DNA from: Rhodothermales bacterium
GTDB lineage: Bacteria > Bacteroidota > Rhodothermia > Rhodothermales > Bin80
Assembly (NCBI GenBank): GCA_965262785.1
Contig: OZ253559.1
Coordinates: forward strand, 4,164,265-4,228,264
Length of the DNA stretch: 64,000 bases
Reading direction: 5' to 3'
The notes beneath the pieces were generated by a model that saw only the letters and a list, made by a program, of their open reading frames with translations, had not been told where the DNA came from and made no database searches. This document shows positions 37,623-45,822 of this stretch, in pieces. The position numbers were made by a program, and so were the translations under genes. The stretch's first letter is position 1. The number at the start of each line of letters is the position of its first letter.

Positions 37623-39323
37623 ATGCGCTATTTCATTGCAGTATTCCTGTCGGTTTGTGTCTGCGCACACGGTGTGCAGGCCCAGAGCGGACGCATTCCT
37701 GTGGCAGCGGAGCATGGAATGGTCGTTTCAAGCCACCACCTGGCCTCAGCGGCCGGCATGCGCGTGTTGGAACAAGGGGGCAGTGCTGTTGACGCAGCAG
37801 TAGCTACGGCATTTGCCCTCGCGGTCACACTCCCGTCTGCCGGCAACATCGGGGGAGGTGGCTTTCTGGTCTACCATGGTGCGGATGGTCATGTGACTGC
37901 GTTCAACTTCCGCGAAAAAGCTCCACTCGCTGCCACACCTACGATGTTTCTGGGGAAAGACGGCAAAGTGCACGACAACAGCAACCATGAGGGTATACTC
38001 TCTATTGGCGTTCCCGGTACGGTCGCCGGCTTGGCGCTGGCCCACGAACGACTCGGTCGGATGCCTTGGTCCGAATTGGTGGAACCGGCCATTGCTTTGG
38101 CGGCCAAAGGATTCCCGTCCACCCGAGATATGCAGGGGTTCTTGCGGCATCTTAGCCAGGAGGGCGATCCGCTGTACAGCGCCACGCGCGCAGCATTCCT
38201 AAGGAACAGCGCGGAGGTCTATGAACCTGGCGAAATATGGAAGCAGCCCGATTTAGCTTCCTCGCTGGAGCGAATTCGGGACAGGGGCCACGATGGATTC
38301 TACACCGGCGAGACGGCGCACCTGCTGGCCAAGTTTTCTGCCGAGCACGGCGGCCTTATTACGATGGAGGATTTGGCCCTTTACCAGGCTGAAGAGCAGG
38401 CTCCCGTACACGGGACGTACCGGGGCTTTGATGTCTACTCCATGTCGCCGCCCAGCAGCGGTGGCGTTGCGTTGGTCGAAATGCTGAACATCCTTGAAGG
38501 GTACGACCTGAAGGGCATGGGGCATAACTCGGCTCAGTACCTTCATGTGCTGACGGAAGCGATGCGGCGCGCCTTTGCTGACCGTGCAGAACACTTGGGC
38601 GACCCTAATTTTTACTCCGATATGCCCATCGAGCAGCTAACGTCAAAATCATACGCTGCGCGACTTCGCGGAGGCATAGACCTCACGCGCGCCTCGGTAA
38701 GCGACTCTTCCCGCTTCGCGGGATTGTACTCGAGCTACGAAAGCGAGGAAACCACGCACCTCTCCGTGATGGACGGAGAGGGCAACGCAGTCTCCCTTAC
38801 GTACACGCTAGAATACGGGTACGGCTCCCGCATTGTGGCTGCGGGCACAGGGTTTCTGCTCAACAACGAGATGGGAGACTTCAACCCCATGCCTGGGCAT
38901 ACCGACTCGCGCGGCATGATAGGTACGCCACCGAATGTGGTGGCTCCGGAGAAGCGTATGCTGTCCAGCATGACGCCTTCAATTGTCGCGCTTGATGGTA
39001 AGCCTGTACTTGTTGTGGGCACCCCTGGTGGGCGCACGATCATCAATACGGTCTTGCAAGTTATCCTTAATGTCATCGACCACGGCATGAACGTTGGAGA
39101 AGCTGTCGAGGCACCCCGTATCCATCACCAATGGCTGCCTGATGTGACGAGCTTCGAATCGCTAGGGATCTCGCCGGACACCAAGCGGCTGTACGAAGCA
39201 CTGGGGCATCATGTGCGCTTACGCGGCACACAGGGGCGCGCTCACTGCATCGCGTCTGAAAGAGACCTCCTCTTTGGCGCTGCGGATTCCCGGAGCTACA
39301 ACGGCCGCGCGATAGGCTTTTGA
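37623..39323 (+). CDS. ggt: gamma-glutamyltransferase
   Basis: 566 aa with a signal peptide. Contains GGSAVDAAVA, GGGGF and the autoprocessing site ETTHLSV, then ...GSRI...GFLLNNEMGDF and ...GTPGG..I. Confidence 0.95.
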   Translation: MRYFIAVFLSVCVCAHGVQAQSGRIPVAAEHGMVVSSHHLASAAGMRVLEQGGSAVDAAVATAFALAVTLPSAGNIGGGGFLVYHGADGHVTAFNFREKAPLAATPTMFLGKDGKVHDNSNHEGILSIGVPGTVAGLALAHERLGRMPWSELVEPAIALAAKGFPSTRDMQGFLRHLSQEGDPLYSATRAAFLRNSAEVYEPGEIWKQPDLASSLERIRDRGHDGFYTGETAHLLAKFSAEHGGLITMEDLALYQAEEQAPVHGTYRGFDVYSMSPPSSGGVALVEMLNILEGYDLKGMGHNSAQYLHVLTEAMRRAFADRAEHLGDPNFYSDMPIEQLTSKSYAARLRGGIDLTRASVSDSSRFAGLYSSYESEETTHLSVMDGEGNAVSLTYTLEYGYGSRIVAAGTGFLLNNEMGDFNPMPGHTDSRGMIGTPPNVVAPEKRMLSSMTPSIVALDGKPVLVVGTPGGRTIINTVLQVILNVIDHGMNVGEAVEAPRIHHQWLPDVTSFESLGISPDTKRLYEALGHHVRLRGTQGRAHCIASERDLLFGAADSRSYNGRAIGF

Positions 39324-39371
39324 GCAAGCTGCCTGCTCCCTGCATTTTTCCACTCGTGACCCTACGCTACC

Positions 39372-40724
39372 ATGCCTGACCCTACTGCAGCATCCCAGCC
39401 TTCATTGAAGAAGGTTCTGACCTGGATCGATGCGATGGGGATCTTGGTGGGAATCACCATCGGGTCGGGCATCTTTGCTACGCCGCAGCGCATCGCTGCA
39501 TTGGTTGAGTCTTTTCCAGTAATGTTCTGGCTGTGGGCTGGGGTGGCTGTGTTTGCCGTAGTCGGTGGTCTTCTCTACTCGGAGTTGGGCACGCGTATGC
39601 CGGTCACGGGCGGCGAATATGTCTACATCACCAAGGCCTTTGGCCCGTTTGCGGGCTTCATGTTCGGTTGGGCGCAGCTATTCATCATTCGAACGAGTCC
39701 AGCTGCCGGCCTTTCCATCATAGCCGTTGACTATGTGGAGCATTTTGTCGTGTTATCGGGGGCGCAACAGACCTTGTTGGCCCTCGGCATTATTGCGGTC
39801 ATTGGCTTTATCAACTACATAGGGACCAAGCCCGCCAGCATCTTTCAGAATGTCACTTCTGCACTAAAGGTCAGTGGCCTGCTGTTCATCATAGTACTGG
39901 GCGTACTGCTCGTCGGTGCTGCGGATGATAAGCTCATGACTTCGGCGCCCGTCCTTGTCGAGACCGGCACGATTGCCAACCTTGTCGCCGCACTCTACCT
40001 GGTGATGTTTACAACCATCGGCTGGGAGCGCGTTGGCTACGTAGCCGGCGAGATGAAGAACCCGCGCCGGGCGCTCCCGCGTGGAATCCTGTTCGGACTC
40101 CTGATCGTGGCGGTGGTTTACCTCATGGCCAACATGGTTTACTTCCGCACTCTGGGCATTGAGGGGTTGCGCGCAACTGAACGGGTGGCGACGGAAACCA
40201 TGACCGTTGCCATCGGGTCCGTTGGGGCGGCCATCATCGCCGTCATTGTCGTCATCTCCTGTGTAGGGAGCATCAATGGCACGATGCTGGCCTCCGCCCG
40301 TGTATACTACACCATGGCAAAAGATCGTCTCTTCTTCGGATGGCTCCAATACGTCCATCCAAAGTACCGGACGCCTTCGCTGGCCATCTTGGCACACTGC
40401 GCGTGGGGCGCGGTGATATTGCTGGTGCGGGGCACGTTTGAGGACATCATAGCCGGAATGGTTTTTGCCATTTTGATCTTCTATGGTGTCACTGCGGTAG
40501 CTTTCTTTTTGTTGCGGCACCGTCAAGTTGGGGAAAAGAACGCTTTCAAGATGCCTGGCTATCCTGTGCTACCGGCGCTTTATCTCCTTGCCACCATCGC
40601 GCTGGTAGCCCTGCGCGCCTGGTTTGAGCCGCACAAATCATTGATCGATCTGGCCTTCGTGGCTACGGGACTCCCGTTTGCCGTTTTCTGGGTCTTAAGA
40701 AGAAGGACGGACAACAAAACTTAG
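39372..40724 (+). CDS. APC-family amino acid permease
   Basis: 450 aa with about 12 hydrophobic helices. Contains IGSGIFATP and ...GGEYVYI.... Confidence 0.85.
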   Translation: MPDPTAASQPSLKKVLTWIDAMGILVGITIGSGIFATPQRIAALVESFPVMFWLWAGVAVFAVVGGLLYSELGTRMPVTGGEYVYITKAFGPFAGFMFGWAQLFIIRTSPAAGLSIIAVDYVEHFVVLSGAQQTLLALGIIAVIGFINYIGTKPASIFQNVTSALKVSGLLFIIVLGVLLVGAADDKLMTSAPVLVETGTIANLVAALYLVMFTTIGWERVGYVAGEMKNPRRALPRGILFGLLIVAVVYLMANMVYFRTLGIEGLRATERVATETMTVAIGSVGAAIIAVIVVISCVGSINGTMLASARVYYTMAKDRLFFGWLQYVHPKYRTPSLAILAHCAWGAVILLVRGTFEDIIAGMVFAILIFYGVTAVAFFLLRHRQVGEKNAFKMPGYPVLPALYLLATIALVALRAWFEPHKSLIDLAFVATGLPFAVFWVLRRRTDNKT

Positions 40725-41657
40725 CCGGGGCCGGCGCGCACAGCGAGCATGGCACTGAACTGCAGATGTGCCCGCTGCCAACTCGTGCCACAAGTCCGGC
40801 ATTGGGATGTGGAATAGGCAGCAGCATGCCAGAGTAATTCTCCATTCACCAGCGTGGTCATATCCAGCGGACTCCAATCGGTCAGATTGACTTGCGGCGA
40901 GACGCAATGTCTCTTTCGCGGCGCGCTAGTGTCCGCAAAGACTGGCTGGAGTTAGTCCGCCATGCCGTCGAGTCCTCGGGGCTCTACTTCTTGTATCAGC
41001 GTATTTGGCTGTCGTCTATAGAGTCGCTACGGCAACGAATTCCCAGACGGCTCTGGTGGGTCGACGCGGACGGTCACGATATCCGTATTGTGAAATTGCC
41101 GGTGGCGTACCGAGGCCGCGAGGTGGCGCAGTAAGCGGAGAGAAACCTCACGCTCGAGCTGAGCATCTTCACCGTGCTTCCCAAGTAGCGCAACTTGACC
41201 CTGAAGGTTTCCTCCTTCGCCTCTGCCGGCAATGAACTCCAGCATCGCCGTTCCACCCTGCATTCTCGCAACCGCAAATTCGCTCCGCCCACTCCGGCGC
41301 TCATTTTCGCCTCCCTGGAGCATCGTCAACAAGACTTACTCACCGGACGGCATCCAGTCTCTTCACGTGATCGCTCCTCCATGAGCCGCAACCCAAGAAA
41401 ATGTTGCTCCCCCTTGAAATAGTGCCCACTACGTGAGTGGTTGGGCAGGATTCGCGCCCGCCACGGGATAACGCCGTTCCGCGGCGCACTGGTAAGTCTG
41501 GCTAGGGGCCAATCCACGCAACGACCTCGACACATGCAGCACATTCAAGACGCCGGATACAACGATTTCCAGTCCAAATACACTGCAGGCGGTCCCGTTC
41601 CCACCAGCCTGTCACTCCCTAGCCTACGGCGGGATAGGCCAACCCATTCACGCCCAA

Positions 41658-42239
41658 CTAGTCCTCCGGCGGCGCAATCATGATGTGTGCAGACGGCGTG
41701 CCTGGGCGCATGATCCAAGGGGCGCCCGGCGCCACTGGCCTCTCTGGAAGGCCTGTGTTCTCCTGCGTAGCATACGGAATATACAGAGCGTACAAGCTGA
41801 CCCTGGCTTGCGTTGCATCAAATGATTCCAACTCTCCGCCCACGTTGTAAACGGCAGCGGGTGCAGTGGGCATCACAAGTGTCCCTGCATTGGCCTCTTC
41901 GTGCCGGATGTCAAAATTTTCCTGACCTTGAATGCCATCGGCGCGAAGCTCGCGGCCACGCGCCATATACGGTTCAAGGGAATTGTGGTAGCAAGCCACA
42001 TGAAACCGCCCGTCGCTGGGCTGATCGGCGAGGCAGGTGAGATCATTGGTACCATCCCTTAGCGTGAGTAGGTTGCCTGCGTTGTCATAGCCGTAGACAT
42101 GTGCGCCGTCTCGCAACTCTTCAGGCGCCGCAAGTACCGCGTCCGCGATCTGTCGATCGGCATCGGGAATCTGGGCGCTGCAGCTGAGAGGCGCAAAAAC
42201 GCAGATGACAAGCAGAATGCGAGCGTAAGGTCGGTACAT
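41658..42239 (-). CDS. secreted hypothetical protein
   Basis: 193 aa with a signal peptide (MYRPYARILLVICVFAPLSCSAQ). The body is soluble-looking. No family recognised. Confidence 0.55.
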   Translation of the reverse strand: MYRPYARILLVICVFAPLSCSAQIPDADRQIADAVLAAPEELRDGAHVYGYDNAGNLLTLRDGTNDLTCLADQPSDGRFHVACYHNSLEPYMARGRELRADGIQGQENFDIRHEEANAGTLVMPTAPAAVYNVGGELESFDATQARVSLYALYIPYATQENTGLPERPVAPGAPWIMRPGTPSAHIMIAPPED

Positions 42240-43272
42240 AGATCCAAGGCTGGTCTGTTAAAGAAACATGATCAAAATACGCCTGCGTGGGTTATCCATT
42301 CTGCTGCTCCTCACCACGGCTACCCAGTATTGCTCACTGCCCGAAACGTACCGATTCTGCCGGCAGGTACGTAGACTGGCGGGCAAGAGCCGGGAGCATA
42401 GGTGTGAGCAGCGCAGAATCCTGCATTTTGCACCACTACTGCGACAAATCCAACACCCCACTGCCAGTATCCCACTTAAGTCCTACACATTTCCCCCAGA
42501 GACCCTTGTCATGACTATAGTGAAAAAGCTAGACCCGGGGGGTTGCCCTGCCGCCGGTTCGATTGCCTCGGGCGCTGCCGCCTGCGCTGGACAGGGGGAC
42601 GGCCAATGAAAAGCGGGCCAAGACATTGCAGGTCCAAACATATCAACAGGATCATTGCTGCTAGGCGTACGGGCCAACGTCATCCTAGGTGTAGAGCGGC
42701 CCGCAGCAGCTTCCTCCCGACTGCTCTCAATTTGTGGCGAAAGTTTCAGCCACAGCTAACTCAGAATTCCAGTGGACCTGAATAGACGTATGCCAGAAGC
42801 CGCTATATAACGGCGGTGCTCTCTCAACACTCCTCATTTCGACTTGACGGTCAGTCCGAGGACCCGGGCCATCGTACGCAGCGGAAGGCCCTACCCATCA
42901 GGTCCCGCAGTCGGGTCTGCGGCTGGAAATTCCTTTTGCATGCCAAATGGTGCAATCATGTTAGGTCTACCCGTCGGCAACATTTCCGGCTTGACAAGGT
43001 GGCCTCACGGCCGATTGCACGGAAGCCAGCCTTTCGCGCGGTGGTTGGTCCGTGTAGATAGCGTAACTAACACAGCCGCAATGCCCGACTAAGGGCGTTG
43101 ATTTGGGGTTGAAGAGGCTTGGATTGGCAGGCGCAGCAATGGCAAAAGCTGTATCGTGCGCGTGCGTGCTTCGCAGGCACGCACCTATCCTGCCAATGCT
43201 TTTGCGGCATCGTGACGATCCGTGGTCCTTATCAATAGCCCTCCCTGGTGAGCAATACTGCGGGCCTTCTTT

Positions 43273-45783
43273 CTGTGTTGACACCCTACGGCGGCCACAG
43301 TCCGTACTTCTTCTGGAGCACGGCAAACATGACAGCACACGCCTCCAGCCGGAGGTAGCCGCGCGACATGATTTTGGCGCCAGGCGGCGGATCGCTTTTC
43401 CGATTCATGTATCCTCCCATCATGGCCAGCAGCAGAATGGCTGCAGCCAGATCATCGGGAGACGCCAAGTTGAATCCTTCGGCGTATTCTCGTAGCACGC
43501 ACAGCTCAATATCTGTAAACAGGATCTCGGCCGGTGCTTCCGGGTCCTGGCGACCCAGTAACGTCATCAAGTGCAGGCGCCACGCCATCACCATGTTGAT
43601 GGTGATGGCCAGGTGAAGACTATCGGCCTTCTGCAAGCGCAACTCCTGCACCTTGCACACACTCTTGAGAATCCGGAAGCCGTCTTCCACACGCCAGCGT
43701 AACATGTAATAGTCGACCATTGTTACGGCCTGTGCCACCGAGGTCACCTCCGCCGTCGCGAGCAGGTACCACTGAATCGCTTTCTGTCCTTCTGGCGGGT
43801 CCGCCTCTCCAACATGTATGGCGGTGACCTTCACCGGGCCGCCCTGCTGTCCACGGGTGGGCGGAAGCATGACCGTACGGTAGCGTACCTCCATCTGTGC
43901 GATGCGGCCCGCACGGCCCTTATGCTTGACACGGCCCGACTTCTCGCGACGGCTCAGCCGCTGTATTGCTACCTCAATGGTACCTTTGGGCGCCCCCTGG
44001 CGCATGAACTCAAACAACAACGGACCCTTTCTTCCCAGTCTCCGATTCGCCTTGGCCCGTACTAATAGATCCACCCGTCCCACTTGTTGCTGCGCGGCGA
44101 ACAGGGCAAAGATGTCCGCTTCCCGATCCATGACGCAGAGTACGCGGGTCTTGCTGCTGAGGTGTGTGGCCGCCTCGGCGATGTCATGCAGTCCGTCGAT
44201 CCATTGCTGCGTCTTAGCTGCGTGCTTTCCCGCTTGGGTCCTGTAGGCACAGCGCAGCACGCCCAGCGGCAACCCCTGCGCACTCAACGCCAACGTCGTA
44301 TGCAAATGCACCCCCCGTGCTTTCGCGGTGGTCTGGTTGCGCCCGATCACTTCCAAGCCCTCGCACGCAGGACGGGTGCTGTAGTTGATGTCCGTGCCGT
44401 CCTGAAGGCACAGCACCGTCTTTTCCGTGCGCATCCGCTCGATCGTACGACGGCGATGCGGCGCCAGGATATCCGCGGGCGTGGTTCCCCGCTCGTTGGC
44501 CTTCTCTATGAAGCGATAATATCCCCGTATCGCGGCACGATCGGATTTCATGGTGGCCGTTATGGACTCGCCGGGCGCTCGTGCCAATATAGTGACACTG
44601 TTGACCAGGCGGGTAGTCCGCCGCTTATCCCCCAGCTGTGCGCCCCCAAACTCCTGCGCCGCCCAGGTCTCGGCATCCAGCCCCGCGCCAGCCTCCAGTT
44701 TGGGATACGCATCTACGTGCGCCACCCCGAGATGCTTGCGCCACCGGCGGTCCAGATCATAGACGAACACCGCCTTCTTCGTCCGGGTACACGCCTTGGT
44801 CTCGGCATGGCGACCCCGGCCGGTGGTCCTTCCCACATATTGGAATCCCGCCGCACGGAAACAGGTCCCCCGCTGCTCAGGCCCCACGAAGGTCTCAATG
44901 ACCCACGGGGTATAGCCGTAGCGCGCCGCAAAATCCACGGGCAACCGCTTGAGCACCTTCCCCAGAAGATGACTGGCCAGGTTCTTGACCTTTACGCCTG
45001 GCCGAATTAACAGCCGGTTCAGGCCCACTACGCGCATCAGATGCTGCTGGCGCTGCGCGTGCGTCCAAGCCATCCACCGGTCGCGCGGTCCCACATACAG
45101 GCCGGAAGCCGCAAACCCGATCGCGCCCAGATACCCGTGATCGCTCCGAAACAAATACTTTATCTGCGCGCCCGCAAACTGCCTCACCCCCTGCGGATGC
45201 TCCGCTGCCATCAGGGTGTTCCAGCGCGCACGCTGCGTCGCATCCTCCACCAACTCCAAGGCCAAGCCCTTGATCTGTTTGAGCGAAGCGGGCACCTCCA
45301 CTGGTTTCGGCACCGGCTGGTCCAACAGCCGGGGCGTACCGCTTGCAATGGTGCGCCTGGGCGCGGGCAACGACAGCCTGTCCTCGGATTCCAGCGTCTT
45401 GAGCGCCTTCAGACACCCGGTCTGCTGCAGATTCCCACGAGCATCACGAAAGCCGAATGCATGGCACACCTGGCGGCTGATGGCCGTACGGCTTTCACCG
45501 GCATGCGCTTCCAATGTGCGCAAAAGCCGCGCCTCAGAGGTCCGCAGCGTGCGAAGAATCTGGCTCTGCGTAAGCATGCCGCAAAGCTACACGGCATGAT
45601 TTACAAAGTCAAGTCGCTAATTTGGGGACAGGGTAGTGTTAGGTGCCTAGCCCTGCTACAGCCGCCAGCCGGCACGGTTGCTCTCCGACTGAGTGCAGGC
45701 CAGCGTCAACCATTGTGCCACCTGCTGTACTGCCCAATTCCTGCGCCCGTTTGAATCCGGGTGTACAGTGGCTAACAACGCAG
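43273..45783 (-). mobile_element. insertion sequence (IS4 family, IS50-like); boundaries tentative
   Basis: Presence is supported by the intact transposase. The proposed ends are CTGTGTTGACACCC... at 43273 and the reverse complement CTGCGTTGTTAGCC... ending at 45783. They match at 7 of the first 8 nt and 11 of 18 nt, and they begin with CTG as in IS50. The tnp stop lies 13 nt inside the left end, as in IS50. No 9-bp target duplication is visible, so the ends are unproven. Confidence 0.3.
43286..45577 (-). CDS. IS4-family (Tn5/IS50-like) transposase with an N-terminal DUF4338-like extension
   Basis: Residues from about 300 to 763 align by eye with Tn5 Tnp. The matches are LGDKRRTTRLVN (Tn5 LGDPRRTARLVN), QDGTDINY (EDTTSLSY, D1), CVMDREADIF (VCDREADIH, D2), YYMLRWRVEDGFRILK (YTHRWRIEEFHKAWK, E plus YREK) and MGGYMNRKSDPPPG (LGGFMDSKRTG). 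Residues 1 to about 295 carry GAQIKY..., ...LGAIGFAASG...RDRWMAW... and ...NLASHLLGKVLKRLPVDF...YGYTPWVIETFVGPEQ.RGTCFRAAGFQYVGRTTGRGR, which I recognise as the DUF4338 pattern. Confidence 0.9.
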   Translation of the reverse strand: MLTQSQILRTLRTSEARLLRTLEAHAGESRTAISRQVCHAFGFRDARGNLQQTGCLKALKTLESEDRLSLPAPRRTIASGTPRLLDQPVPKPVEVPASLKQIKGLALELVEDATQRARWNTLMAAEHPQGVRQFAGAQIKYLFRSDHGYLGAIGFAASGLYVGPRDRWMAWTHAQRQQHLMRVVGLNRLLIRPGVKVKNLASHLLGKVLKRLPVDFAARYGYTPWVIETFVGPEQRGTCFRAAGFQYVGRTTGRGRHAETKACTRTKKAVFVYDLDRRWRKHLGVAHVDAYPKLEAGAGLDAETWAAQEFGGAQLGDKRRTTRLVNSVTILARAPGESITATMKSDRAAIRGYYRFIEKANERGTTPADILAPHRRRTIERMRTEKTVLCLQDGTDINYSTRPACEGLEVIGRNQTTAKARGVHLHTTLALSAQGLPLGVLRCAYRTQAGKHAAKTQQWIDGLHDIAEAATHLSSKTRVLCVMDREADIFALFAAQQQVGRVDLLVRAKANRRLGRKGPLLFEFMRQGAPKGTIEVAIQRLSRREKSGRVKHKGRAGRIAQMEVRYRTVMLPPTRGQQGGPVKVTAIHVGEADPPEGQKAIQWYLLATAEVTSVAQAVTMVDYYMLRWRVEDGFRILKSVCKVQELRLQKADSLHLAITINMVMAWRLHLMTLLGRQDPEAPAEILFTDIELCVLREYAEGFNLASPDDLAAAILLLAMMGGYMNRKSDPPPGAKIMSRGYLRLEACAVMFAVLQKKYGLWPP

Positions 45784-45822
45784 CTAAATATGTGCTTAAG
45801 CTACACGGCTGTCAACTTTGCG

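Noticed and set aside
42511-42609. A small Cys/Gly-rich ORF (MTIVKKLDPGGCPAAGSIASGAAACAGQGDGQ) as a RiPP precursor.
   Set aside because: There are no modification, transport or immunity genes nearby and no recognisable ribosome-binding site. It sits in decayed DNA, so a chance ORF is more likely.
43104-43285. A tmRNA (ssrA) 5' end: GGGGTTGAAGAGGCTTGGATTGGCAGG resembles GGGGCTGA...GGATTCGACGGG, and ssrA is a classic integration hotspot next to mobile elements.
   Set aside because: No tag-peptide reading frame ending in ...ALAA-stop follows. There is no T-arm (GGTTCGAATCC-like) or matching 3' acceptor strand, and the region runs directly into the transposase 3' end.
45583-45809. A 12-nt direct repeat aagctacacggc (45583-45595 region and 45798-45809), and the 8-nt atttgggg shared by 43101-43108 and 45620-45627, as IS target-site duplications.
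   Set aside because: The sequences immediately inside these repeats are not inverted repeats of each other. The 9th base differs for atttgggg, and the 12-mer pair lies on the same side of the transposase gene. These are likely chance matches or internal sites.
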